A stretch of DNA of 64,000 nt, taken from contig JADGBH010000001.1 of the NCBI GenBank assembly GCA_015231595.1, forward strand, positions 78,900-142,899, given 5' to 3'. Within the stretch, counting starts at the first letter, position 1. The number at the start of each line of letters is the position of its first letter. Below, in pieces: positions 35,326 through 44,926 of this stretch. Source of the stretch: Desulfobacterales bacterium. Lineage in GTDB: Bacteria; Desulfobacterota; Desulfobacteria; Desulfobacterales; JADGBH01. A program made the translations under genes and the position numbers. The notes below the pieces were generated by a model. It had not been told where the DNA came from, ran no database searches, and saw nothing but the letters and a program-made list of their open reading frames with translations.

Positions 35326-36119
35326 TCTTCTTCTCCTATGATATCATCGATCTCTATTTCAATTTCTTTATCATCTTCTGTTTTTATACATATTCGGTTA
35401 GATACGACATTATGCCTTATTACTACACCTTTTAGTTTTTCAGTAATTATAGTTGTACCAATTTTGGGCATATTTTCTTTAATATTTTGGTAGGTATAAT
35501 TCTCAAAATTAAGACAACACATTAGCCTTCCACAAAGACCTGAAATTTTTGTAGGATTTAAAGATAAGCCCTGCTCTTTTGCCATTTTTATAGATACCGG
35601 ATCAAATTTATCAATATAAGATGAACAGCATATTGTTCGACCGCATCTTCCTATACCTCCACACATTCGGGCTTTATTTCTTATACCCACTTGCCTCATT
35701 TCAATTCTAACTCTAAATTCCTTAACTAATTGTTTTACAAGGTTTCTAAAGTCTATTCTTCCTTCGGCGGTAAAATAAAATGTTAATTTAGTTCCATCCA
35801 ATGCGCTTTCAACATAGAATAAATTCATTTTAAGTCCAGCCTCTTGTATTTTTTCAATACAAAATTTTTTAGCATACACTTCTTTTTCTATATTACTATC
35901 TTTAAGTTTAATATCTTCTTCAATAGCAATTCTAACAACTTTTTTTAATGGCATAGTTATTTCTTCATGGGGTATAGATGTCCTTGAAATCATTCCAATA
36001 GACACTCCTTCTTCAGTTTCAACAATAACTTTATCCCCTTTTTTTAATTCAAGTTCTCCGCCATCAAAAAAGTACGTTTTTCCCTCAGCTTTAAATTTTA
36101 CTCCAACAGTTACGCCCAT
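35322..36119 (-). CDS. ricT: PSP1 domain protein (RicT/YaaT family)
   Basis: PSP1 C-terminal Cys cluster (MCGGIGRCGRTICCSSY..GLCGRLMCCLNFE). Conserved holB-yaaT synteny. Confidence 0.85.
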   Translation of the reverse strand: MGVTVGVKFKAEGKTYFFDGGELELKKGDKVIVETEEGVSIGMISRTSIPHEEITMPLKKVVRIAIEEDIKLKDSNIEKEVYAKKFCIEKIQEAGLKMNLFYVESALDGTKLTFYFTAEGRIDFRNLVKQLVKEFRVRIEMRQVGIRNKARMCGGIGRCGRTICCSSYIDKFDPVSIKMAKEQGLSLNPTKISGLCGRLMCCLNFENYTYQNIKENMPKIGTTIITEKLKGVVIRHNVVSNRICIKTEDDKEIEIEIDDIIGEEE

Positions 36120-36122
36120 ATT

Positions 36123-37133
36123 TTACTTTCGTGCAAGATTAAAAAGCATTGATTCAATGTTTAATCGTAAGTTGATACTTGATGATAAATTTCTCTTTAA
36201 AACCAAAATTTTTTCCAATTTATTAAGAAGGCCTTCAATCTTTTCATTTTCGTATAAACTTATAAGCTTATTCTCAATATCCTTATTAATAATTTTTTCC
36301 CTTGAATATCTTATTATTATCAAATCCCTAATCCAAGAGGATAGTATATCTAAAGCATAAGCAACATGTTTTTTATTTTTTGATACAGACTCAGCAAATG
36401 AAAGTATGTAGCCTATTTTTTCAAAATTAAATTCATGTAACTGCTCAAGAAAAAAAGCTCTAAAGTTTATAAAATTATTTTTCATCATTTCCAATGCAGT
36501 AGATATACTGCCATCACACATAATAGAAATTAAAAAGGCTGAATTTTCATCAATATCATAGTTTTTTAAAAGAAAATCTTGTATTTTTTTATTATCAATT
36601 GGGTTAAATCGTATATGCCTGCATCTTGAAACTATAGTTGGAAGAAGTAAGGAAGAAGAATGAGCGCAAAGAATAAAAAATGTGCTTGGAGGCGGTTCTT
36701 CAAGGGATTTTAATAAAACATTGCTTGCTTGAGGATTCATATAATGTGCATCCTCTATAATAATAACCCTAAACTTACCTTCAAATGGCTTTAATTCAAT
36801 TACGCTACAAATATCCCTTATTTTATCGACTCTAATAGAAAAAGAGTCAGGACTACTCGGAGAAGGCTCAGGTTCGACAGTAATAATATCCGGATGATTG
36901 CCTGACTGAATCTTTTTGCATGATTTACAATTACAGCAGGGTGTATACTCTTGTTCCAAACAATTGCAGGCCATAGAAATTAATTTTGCAACAGTAGATT
37001 TTCCAATGCCTTTTTTTCCTGTGAAAAGAAAGGCATTGGGAATAGCTTTCTTTTTTAAAATTGACCGAATAATCCATGAAGCTCTATCTTGGCCTATTAA
37101 CGAATCAAAGTCAAATACCACTTTAGTAATCAA
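36123..37133 (-). CDS. holB: DNA polymerase III delta-prime subunit
   Basis: P-loop-like FTGKKGIGKST, zinc module CNCLE..CCNCKSCKK, SRC motif (TIVSRCRHIRF). TTG start overlapping the upstream gene by 11 nt. Confidence 0.85.
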   Translation of the reverse strand: MITKVVFDFDSLIGQDRASWIIRSILKKKAIPNAFLFTGKKGIGKSTVAKLISMACNCLEQEYTPCCNCKSCKKIQSGNHPDIITVEPEPSPSSPDSFSIRVDKIRDICSVIELKPFEGKFRVIIIEDAHYMNPQASNVLLKSLEEPPPSTFFILCAHSSSLLLPTIVSRCRHIRFNPIDNKKIQDFLLKNYDIDENSAFLISIMCDGSISTALEMMKNNFINFRAFFLEQLHEFNFEKIGYILSFAESVSKNKKHVAYALDILSSWIRDLIIIRYSREKIINKDIENKLISLYENEKIEGLLNKLEKILVLKRNLSSSINLRLNIESMLFNLARK

Positions 37134-37398
37134 CTCTTTCCCTTAATTCTTTACCGCATTTAAAAAAAGGTAATTTTTTTGCTTTAATATGGACTTTGTC
37201 CCCTGTTTTTGGATTCCTACCTGTGTAGCTTTTATATTTTTTTATATAAAAACTACATAAACCTCTTATCTCAACTCTTTCTTTTTTACCTAAAGCATTA
37301 GATATTGTTTCAAAGAAAGTTTCTACAACCACTGTAGCATCACTTTTCGAAATATCCGCTTGATTTTTAAGTTCAGTAATTAACTCTAATTTATTCAT
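37123..37398 (-). CDS. HU/IHF-family DNA-bending protein (IHF-beta-like)
   Basis: 91 aa with MNKLELITELK.., RVEIRGLCSF.. and RNPKTGDKVHIKAKKLPFFKCGKELRERV (beta-arm). Confidence 0.85.
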   Translation of the reverse strand: MNKLELITELKNQADISKSDATVVVETFFETISNALGKKERVEIRGLCSFYIKKYKSYTGRNPKTGDKVHIKAKKLPFFKCGKELRERVDY

Positions 37399-37519
37399 AT
37401 TAGGTTCTCCATTTATTATTTAATTATTAATTGATGATTCAAGATATTATAGTTTCTATTTTAAGTTTTCAACATTTTTATTTTTCTTTCCTTAGTCATT
37501 ATTCACTATTAGTTATTAC

Positions 37520-39715
37520 TTAAAGCTGAGGAGCTCCAGCTCCAACACCTCCAAGACCTTCAAGATAAACAAAGATTGAAAATCTTTTATCTTCTAAATC
37601 AGATTTATAAGTTGTAGTTACCGCCCAACACTTAGACTTATATGTCAATCCGACCCCCCATTTAAGGGTTTTAGAATCAAGCATATTTAATTCATGATAA
37701 AACTCCGAACTAATTTGCTCAGATAGTGCTAAAATAAGACGATTATTAAGAGATTCACTATACTCTTTTGTATATCTATATTCTGTAATAAGCTTATTGT
37801 CTCTTTCATCCTGCATTATAAAAGAAGTATTATGGGAAATCAATCCATCGCCATAAATTGACCAAGAAGCGTCAGATGATACAGATAACAACTGGTTAAA
37901 AGCGAATAAAAGTTCAAAATAAAGAGGGGAAAATCTTTCATCATCTTCAACTGTATCTATATCATATTCCTGCTTAAATTTAAATGTAAGAAACTGATTA
38001 TAATAAAAATCAGGAAGCTTTGTATCATCTGAAGTTATTGAATCAAAAGAAGCATTCCTATATTTTGAAATTAATATATTTGATAAAGAATAGGCAATTT
38101 TATTTTTTCTATATAGTACATCAGTATAATCAAGTTCAGGATGAACTTCATTTTTTATTTTAGGGCTATAATAATATGTAATTTCAGGCTTAATCAAATG
38201 TTTAATAGCATCTGACTTATTTCCTTTATAAATTTTAAAAAAATTTGTATTCGCTGTTATTCCAAAATCAATTATTTCCCTATGTAACTTATTTTCTTGA
38301 AATGCGTCATTATAATCTTGTTCTATATACCAAGCAGTTTCCCTTAAACTGACCGAAGGCTCAACAGTCAAATAATGCTTAAATTTAATTGGAGCATAAA
38401 AAACTGGGTTAATATCAATCCTTTGAACGTTTACGTCATCTTTTATATAAAAAAATGTATAGTCTGAATTTAGCCTTACATAAAGGCTGTTAAATAATTT
38501 TTGATTTATGGCGTTATATTTTATGGAAGGAAGTTTATATATAGAAGAAAGCGCATCACTTTGATTTTTTTCATAATAATTATCGAACCATATCGACTCA
38601 ATATTTAAAACGGATTTTTCAAAATTTTTAGTAATTGTAATTCCATTATTTCTGAAGGGATCATCATAGCAGGCAAGCCCCCTTCCAAAATTTTTTATAA
38701 ATGTTTGCTCAGTTTTATCAAAACCACTTTCTCCGTCTCTAAATTCATGGAGATAATCCTGGTCGCTCACAAAGTCAATATCAAATCTACCTAAAAAATC
38801 CAAAGGTAATCCAATATCTCCCTTTGCTCTAAACCATTGTCTATTAGAATTGGTTCTTAAAACATCATCGTCAGTGTATCCCCACTTATCAGAATTATTA
38901 TTATCTATTTTTTTATCATGCAAAAAATCAAATAAAAATATAGTTTTTGAGTCTTTTGCAAAAAAATTTCTATATTCAAGTCCAATTTTATTACCTCTTT
39001 CGCTCATATATTCTTCATATATTGTTGCGTCGGAATTTTTATTTATAGCCACAAATAAAGGAATAGAAAATTCAATACCGTTCCTATCAGAGTATCCAAA
39101 ATTAGGAGATAATAGACCTGTCTGTCTTTCCACTTTTACAGGGAAAAAAATCAACGGAGAATAAAAAATAGGAATATGCTTAACCCATAAAGCCCCATGA
39201 GTAACAAATCCATAGCCTTCTATTGTAACACTTACCTCTTTACCTGTTATTTCCCAATCTGGATGTTCACCTTCGCATGATGATATTCTCGCTTTTTGTA
39301 TTTCATAACTTTGTTTTCCAGTCTTAAGAATTTTATCACCTTTAATAACAAAATTATCTGGTTTAAGTATAATATTCCCAGAAAAAATTGTGCCTGTTTC
39401 TGTTTTAAGGTCAAATTCCATTGACTCCCCTGTAAGAACATCATCCTTAAAAGATATTAGAACATTTCCTTTTGCTGTAGCTATTTTTGTTACATTATTA
39501 AAGCAAATATAATCTGCCTTGAAAATCAAATCCGTTTTGCTTATTGTTACATTTCCATTTGCTATATAGTCATCACTGTTAAGGTTATAACTTATGTTAT
39601 CAGCAGAAATATGCCACGATTCAAGGATTTTTCCATCCATTATAAGTGGCTCAGCAAAAACAAGTTTTGATATACCTATGAAAACAAAAAAAAATATTAT
39701 ATATTTTTTTAACAT
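37520..39715 (-). CDS. lptD: LPS-assembly outer-membrane protein LptD
   Basis: Signal peptide, an OstA-like N-terminal beta-jellyroll (repeated ..GNV.I....L.AD... pattern) and a large C-terminal beta-barrel rich in aromatic-terminated strands. Confidence 0.8.
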   Translation of the reverse strand: MLKKYIIFFFVFIGISKLVFAEPLIMDGKILESWHISADNISYNLNSDDYIANGNVTISKTDLIFKADYICFNNVTKIATAKGNVLISFKDDVLTGESMEFDLKTETGTIFSGNIILKPDNFVIKGDKILKTGKQSYEIQKARISSCEGEHPDWEITGKEVSVTIEGYGFVTHGALWVKHIPIFYSPLIFFPVKVERQTGLLSPNFGYSDRNGIEFSIPLFVAINKNSDATIYEEYMSERGNKIGLEYRNFFAKDSKTIFLFDFLHDKKIDNNNSDKWGYTDDDVLRTNSNRQWFRAKGDIGLPLDFLGRFDIDFVSDQDYLHEFRDGESGFDKTEQTFIKNFGRGLACYDDPFRNNGITITKNFEKSVLNIESIWFDNYYEKNQSDALSSIYKLPSIKYNAINQKLFNSLYVRLNSDYTFFYIKDDVNVQRIDINPVFYAPIKFKHYLTVEPSVSLRETAWYIEQDYNDAFQENKLHREIIDFGITANTNFFKIYKGNKSDAIKHLIKPEITYYYSPKIKNEVHPELDYTDVLYRKNKIAYSLSNILISKYRNASFDSITSDDTKLPDFYYNQFLTFKFKQEYDIDTVEDDERFSPLYFELLFAFNQLLSVSSDASWSIYGDGLISHNTSFIMQDERDNKLITEYRYTKEYSESLNNRLILALSEQISSEFYHELNMLDSKTLKWGVGLTYKSKCWAVTTTYKSDLEDKRFSIFVYLEGLGGVGAGAPQL

Positions 39716-39852
39716 AAATAATCCTTTAATAACTTAATAACTTCTATCTTGATGAATTGTGAGCAATGTGCAAATATTAGTTGAAAATTTTTATACTATT
39801 TAAGCCATAATTCTAATTGAGTAAACGAATATTTTTAAAGTGTCAAAAATTT

Positions 39853-40794
39853 ATGAAAACTATTTTTATCAAAAATATTAATTTAGGTGAATTTATTGAT
39901 GATATTTTCTTTTTATCAGAAAGAAAAATATCCCAAAAAAAAGATGGTAATAATTATGCAACCCTTACACTGTCTGATAAAACAGGCAATATTAAAGGAG
40001 TAATCTGGGAAAACTCTGAAACAATTCTCAATGGAATAAACGCAGGTTCTGTTGTCAATGTAAAAGGAAGTGTAAGTGAATATTCAGGATCTCTTCAAAT
40101 AATAGTTAAATCCCTTGAAAAAATTCCTATAGAATCTGCTAACCCTTATGATTATCTGCCTGTAACAAATAAAAATATTGACGGAATGTTTGAAAGAATA
40201 CTAAAGCTTATTGGAACAATACAAAATGAATATTTATCTAAACTTTTAAATTCTTTTTTTTCTAATCATGATTTTGCATCAAAATTTAAAACAGCTCCAG
40301 CAGCAAAAAAAATGCACCATGCTTATCTTGGGGGCCTACTTGAACATTCCCTTTCTACAGCTATGCTTGTTGATAAAATAGGCGTTCATTATAATGGCAT
40401 AGATCGAGACCTTTTGCTTACAGGTGCTATACTTCATGATATTGGCAAAGTAAGGGAGTTTGAATACAAATTCAACATAGACTATTCTGATGAAGGCAGA
40501 CTTCTTAGCCATATAGTAATAGGTTTAGAAATAGTTAGTGACAAAATAAAAGAGATTCAAAATTTTCCGTCCGAACTTGCTACAAAACTTAAACATCTAA
40601 TTATAAGCCATCATGGTCATAAAGAATTTGGATCCCCTGAACCTCCAAAAACACTTGAAGCCCTTCTACTTTACTATCTTGATGAAATTGATTCAAAAAT
40701 AAATGGAGTACGCGAATTTATAGCATCAGAAGATTCAAATGAAAAATGGACTTCTTATCATAGGCTTATGGATAGATATTTTTATAAAAAATAA
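39853..40794 (+). CDS. OB-fold + HD-domain 3'-5' exoribonuclease (YhaM-like)
   Basis: OB-fold N-terminus (ATLTLSDKTGNIKGVIWE) and HD-domain motifs HHAYLGGLLEHS, LHDIGK, ISHHG. The start was moved from TTG 39817 to ATG 39853. Confidence 0.8.
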   Translation: MKTIFIKNINLGEFIDDIFFLSERKISQKKDGNNYATLTLSDKTGNIKGVIWENSETILNGINAGSVVNVKGSVSEYSGSLQIIVKSLEKIPIESANPYDYLPVTNKNIDGMFERILKLIGTIQNEYLSKLLNSFFSNHDFASKFKTAPAAKKMHHAYLGGLLEHSLSTAMLVDKIGVHYNGIDRDLLLTGAILHDIGKVREFEYKFNIDYSDEGRLLSHIVIGLEIVSDKIKEIQNFPSELATKLKHLIISHHGHKEFGSPEPPKTLEALLLYYLDEIDSKINGVREFIASEDSNEKWTSYHRLMDRYFYKK

Positions 40795-40800
40795 AGAAGG

Positions 40801-40832
40801 GTATATATTCTCAATATGGAATATACTTTTTT
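40801..40832 (+). terminator. Weak AT-rich hairpin plus T-run after the yhaM-like gene (candidate terminator)
   Basis: GTATATATTC-TCAATATG-GAATATAC (imperfect stem) followed by TTTTTT. Confidence 0.3.
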
Positions 40833-40841
40833 ATCAAAATT

Positions 40842-40913
40842 CGACTAAGGCTAAAATTACTAAAGATAGCAATTTTATTATTTTAATATATTCTATTATA
40901 AGAATATATTAAA
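40842..40913. repeat. Intergenic module made of the motif CGACTAAGGCTAAAATTACTAAAGAT plus the palindrome TTTAATATATTCT-N6-AGAATATATTAAA
   Basis: The 13-bp palindrome arms are identical to those at 26048-26081. The motif has near-identical copies at 26093-26118 (+) and 761-784 (-). Confidence 0.7.
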
Positions 40914-40953
40914 TTTAAGTTTTATTTAATTTTTTACAATAGAAAGGTAAAAT

Positions 40954-41622
40954 ATGTTTATAACACTTGAAGGGATAGAAGGTTCAGGAAAGACTACGCA
41001 AGTTAAAAATATACTTGAATTTATGTCTATGAAAGGCATAGAAGCGATAAGAACTCAGGAACCTGGAGGAACAAACATTGGAGGAAAAATTAGAACTCTT
41101 CTCCTTGACCCTGAGAATAAAGATATACATCCAATGACTGAGTTATTATTGTATTTTGCTGATAGAACCCAGCATTACACAGAATTTATTAAGCCTTTGC
41201 TTCAAAAAGGAAAAGCAGTTGTTTGTGACAGATTCTTTGAATCTACGCTCGCATATCAGGGGTATGCAAGGGGTATGGATATAGACTTGATTAAATATTT
41301 ACATAAAATTATATTTGGAGGCATAAAGCCAGACATTACATTACTTTTTGATCTTCCAGCTGAAATAGGTTTAACAAGAGCATTAAATGACATCAAAGCT
41401 GGGAATAGACCAAAAAATGAAGCTCGTTTTGAAAAAGAGAATATTTTATTCCACGAAAAAGTTAGAAATGGTTATCTCGAAATATCAAGGCTTGAGCCAG
41501 ATAGAATTAAAGTAATTAACGCTTTATTAGATAAAAATAAGGTAAAAGACGAAATTTTTAATGTATTATCTTTAAAATTAGATACTAACAATGACGGCAC
41601 TAAAAAGAAAAAAAATAATTAG
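40954..41622 (+). CDS. tmk: Thymidylate kinase
   Basis: MFITLEGIEGSGKTTQ P-loop, a DRF.ST.AYQG motif and a LID region. Confidence 0.93.
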   Translation: MFITLEGIEGSGKTTQVKNILEFMSMKGIEAIRTQEPGGTNIGGKIRTLLLDPENKDIHPMTELLLYFADRTQHYTEFIKPLLQKGKAVVCDRFFESTLAYQGYARGMDIDLIKYLHKIIFGGIKPDITLLFDLPAEIGLTRALNDIKAGNRPKNEARFEKENILFHEKVRNGYLEISRLEPDRIKVINALLDKNKVKDEIFNVLSLKLDTNNDGTKKKKNN

Positions 41623-41632
41623 GACAAAAAAA

Positions 41633-43903
41633 ATGAAAAAATCTCTTTTAGACCATATTGGTAATACTCCACTTATAGAAATAAAAAAACTTAATCCAAA
41701 TCCAAATGTGAAAATATTTGCTAAATTAGAATATTTTAATCCTGGAGGTTCAATAAAAGACAGAGCTGCCATGTACATGATTGATGATGGTGAAAAAGCA
41801 GGTAAATTAACTCATAAAAAAATTGTGCTTGAAGCTACAAGTGGAAATACAGGAATAGGTCTTGCTCTTGTATGCTCGATAAAAGGCTATAAAATGCTTT
41901 TCGCCATGTCAGAATCTGCAAGCATTGAGCGACAAAAAATATTAAAAGCAAGGGGATCTGAAATTCTGCTAACTCCGGGGCATCTTGGTACGGACGGAGC
42001 GATTGAAGAAGTATATAGACTTGCAAGGGAATACCCTGATACATATTTCATGACCGATCAATATAATAATGAAGCTAATTGGAAAGCTCACTATTATGGA
42101 ACAGCAGAAGAAATATGGGCTCAAACAAATGGAACGGTTTCAATGATAATTGCAACAATGGGAACAACAGGAACCATAATGGGTCTTTCAAGAAGGTTTA
42201 AAGAATACAATCCAGATATAAAAATAATAGGAGTTGAACCTTATCTTGGCCATAAAATACAAGGCCTTAAAAACATGAAAGAAGCTTACTGTCCAGGTCT
42301 TTATAATAAAAAATATCTTGATGAAAAAATCAATATTGAAGATGAAAATGCTTTTGAAATGACAAGGCGTCTTGCTAAAGAAGAAGGCATTTTTGTAGGA
42401 ATGAGCAGCGGAGCTGCTATGTTCATAGCTGCTAAACAAGCCGAACAATTAGATAGTGGCGTTATTGTTACAATATTTCCAGACAGCGGAGAACGATATT
42501 TAAGCACCACCCTTTTTACTGAAAAAACCAAAGCTGAAATAAAAATTCAAAATACGCTTACACGAAATAAAGAACCTTTTCATCCAATTATACCTGGAAA
42601 AGTTTCAGTTTATTCCTGCGGGCCTACAGCTCACGCAAGAATGAATCCTGGAGAATGCAGAAGAATAGTATTTTCAGACATTTTGTGCAGATATCTTGAA
42701 TATAGAGGGTATTCAGTCAATCAAATAATGAATATAACTGATGTCGATGATAAAACAATTTTAGGATCAGAAAAGGAAGGTCTAAGCCTTTCTGAATTCA
42801 CTGAAAAAAATATAGAAACATTTAAAAAAGATTTAGCACTATTAAACATTAAACAAGCCTCAAAATATCCTAAAACAAGCGAACATATAGATGCTATGGT
42901 TTCTTTGGCTGAAAAGCTATTTGAAAAAGGTTTTGCTTATGAAAAACTTCATTCCCTTTATTTCAATATTTCCAAATTTCAAGAATATGGCAAATTATCC
43001 GGAATTGATTTAAACAAAATAAAATCAGGATTAACAATAGACTTAGACGAATATGAAAAAGATAACCCCAAAGATTTTACTCTTCTTAAAAGATCAAAAT
43101 TATCAGAACTTAAACGGGGTATCTATACAAAAACAAAATGGGGCAATGTTAGGGCTTCATGGCATATTCAATGTGTTGCCATGTCAATGCAGTACCTTGG
43201 AGAAACATTCGATATTCATACAAGCGCAAGAAAACTTATATTTCCCCACAATGAGAATGAAATAGCAATAGCTAAAGCTGTTACAGGAAAGCCTCTTGCT
43301 AAATACTGGATGCATTGCGATAGTGTATTAATACCTGATGAAAACCAAAATATAACTTTAGATGACCTTATTCAAAAAGGATATTCCGCAAAAACAATCA
43401 GATATTGGCTGCTTTCAACCCATTATAGCAAATCAATGACTTTTTCCTTAGATAGAATAGAAAGCTCCCAAAATGCCCTTGAAAGAATTAATACTTGCAT
43501 AAAAAGGCTAAAAAGCATAAAAACTACAGCTTCAAATTTTTCTGAGCTTAATCAACTGATTTATGACATAAAACAGGGATTTATTTTATCAATGGATGAT
43601 GATTTAAATATTTCTGGAGCTTTGGCTTCAACATTTAAGTCCATAAAAACAATAAACGCCTTGATAACAAAGCAAAAACTAAGCTGCAATGATGCAGATA
43701 AACTTATAGATTGTTTTAAAAGTATAGACTCTGTTTTAAATGTATTTTCTTTTGAAGAAGAAATATCTGATAACAAAACTCTCGAATTAATAAAACAAAG
43801 AAATAAAGCAAGGGCAAATAAAAATTGGGAACTTGCAGATAAAATAAAAGATGAACTAACACTACTTGGGATAAAAATTCATGACAAAAAAACGAGTGAA
43901 TGA
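41633..43903 (+). CDS. Fusion protein: an N-terminal PLP-dependent cysteine synthase (CysK/CysM family) joined to a C-terminal CysRS-like domain with degenerate HIGH and KMSKS motifs
   Basis: CysK part: NPGGSIKDRAA (PLP Lys), TSGNTGIGLA, GTTGTIMG, SSGAAM, FPDSGERYLST.LF. CysRS part starts at IKIQNTLTRNKEPF..VYSCGPT and is colinear with E. coli CysRS through WHIQC, FPHNENE and the C-terminal DDLNISGAL and QRNKARANKNWELADKIKDEL. AGGA RBS upstream of ATG 41633. Confidence 0.8.
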   Translation: MKKSLLDHIGNTPLIEIKKLNPNPNVKIFAKLEYFNPGGSIKDRAAMYMIDDGEKAGKLTHKKIVLEATSGNTGIGLALVCSIKGYKMLFAMSESASIERQKILKARGSEILLTPGHLGTDGAIEEVYRLAREYPDTYFMTDQYNNEANWKAHYYGTAEEIWAQTNGTVSMIIATMGTTGTIMGLSRRFKEYNPDIKIIGVEPYLGHKIQGLKNMKEAYCPGLYNKKYLDEKINIEDENAFEMTRRLAKEEGIFVGMSSGAAMFIAAKQAEQLDSGVIVTIFPDSGERYLSTTLFTEKTKAEIKIQNTLTRNKEPFHPIIPGKVSVYSCGPTAHARMNPGECRRIVFSDILCRYLEYRGYSVNQIMNITDVDDKTILGSEKEGLSLSEFTEKNIETFKKDLALLNIKQASKYPKTSEHIDAMVSLAEKLFEKGFAYEKLHSLYFNISKFQEYGKLSGIDLNKIKSGLTIDLDEYEKDNPKDFTLLKRSKLSELKRGIYTKTKWGNVRASWHIQCVAMSMQYLGETFDIHTSARKLIFPHNENEIAIAKAVTGKPLAKYWMHCDSVLIPDENQNITLDDLIQKGYSAKTIRYWLLSTHYSKSMTFSLDRIESSQNALERINTCIKRLKSIKTTASNFSELNQLIYDIKQGFILSMDDDLNISGALASTFKSIKTINALITKQKLSCNDADKLIDCFKSIDSVLNVFSFEEEISDNKTLELIKQRNKARANKNWELADKIKDELTLLGIKIHDKKTSE

Positions 43904-43915
43904 GGTAATTACTTT

Positions 43916-44911
43916 ATGATGCCAGTTTATTTTCCATTTACAACGATTTCAAACTATTCTTTAAAGCTTCTTTTATCAGCATTTAAAAAAGTGATGGTCT
44001 ATCAGCCTTCTAAAAATATACCTGAACCTCTTTTAAATCTTGAAAAACAAGGATATTTATACTTAAAAATCCCATTTAGCGGAGATGAAAAACAACTTGA
44101 TATAGCTGAAAAAGATTTTAAATTCTGGTTAAACTCCCACAAAGGAACAGATACAAATCTTCTAAAAAACATAAAAAATAGTCAGCCATTTGTTGGTGAA
44201 TCTTCAGCTTTATCTATAAAAAACCTAATTTCACATTATGATAAAAAAGCTGATAAAACACAAACAGCAACATCTGAAATTGCTCTATTCTATCCGAGAC
44301 TTTTTCTTAAAATAACTCAAGATTTCGATATAAACATGGACGAAATTAATAATAAACTTATTCTCTATAACAAAATGGAACAAGATATTATTCACGATAT
44401 TACCTTTGAGAAGGACGATCTAAAAACTATCCCTGATTTATCTCTTATTCCGGATAATTCTAAAGATTTTATGATAAAAGAACGGATAGAAGCATTAAGC
44501 TCATTAATTATGAATGATTCTGATTTGAGCGGTATCTATATTACAACAAGCAAAAATGCTTTGGAATACATACTTGATAAATTTCCAGATGCTGAAAAAA
44601 TTTTTAAAATAACGAATCTTCCTGTATATACAGACACCAATGATGAACTTATTTCATGGCAAAATTCTTTACACGAATACCTTGAAAAGGTATCAAATTC
44701 GGAGGACATAAAAAGCGTAAAAAAATTTATACTGCAACCGCCCAAATCTAAAGCTGCTTCCAATTTTTCTTTAACTTCTTATGTTATTCCAAATAATAAC
44801 CCTTATTATGTTTTCGAAAAATTTACCCCAACTCGTGATAAACAACCAAATAATGAAAAAATAAGAAATACTATAATATGCCTTTTAGATTTAAACAAAG
44901 ATTCAATATAG
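43916..44911 (+). CDS. Hypothetical protein (no domain recognised)
   Basis: 331-aa ORF, 12 nt after the fusion gene and 15 nt before the exporter gene. Coding-like composition, and no motif that I can name. Confidence 0.55.
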   Translation: MMPVYFPFTTISNYSLKLLLSAFKKVMVYQPSKNIPEPLLNLEKQGYLYLKIPFSGDEKQLDIAEKDFKFWLNSHKGTDTNLLKNIKNSQPFVGESSALSIKNLISHYDKKADKTQTATSEIALFYPRLFLKITQDFDINMDEINNKLILYNKMEQDIIHDITFEKDDLKTIPDLSLIPDNSKDFMIKERIEALSSLIMNDSDLSGIYITTSKNALEYILDKFPDAEKIFKITNLPVYTDTNDELISWQNSLHEYLEKVSNSEDIKSVKKFILQPPKSKAASNFSLTSYVIPNNNPYYVFEKFTPTRDKQPNNEKIRNTIICLLDLNKDSI

Positions 44912-44926
44912 TGAGGTAAATAAAAA

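Noticed and set aside
41591-41632. Longest-ORF starts given by the track for several genes (41591, 17211, 13174, 14996, 4614, 23067, 10800, 39817, 57471, 25844)
   Set aside because: Each extension overlaps the upstream gene or lacks an RBS. Internal ATGs with an SD-like sequence or ATGA/stop-start coupling give N-termini that match the family consensus.
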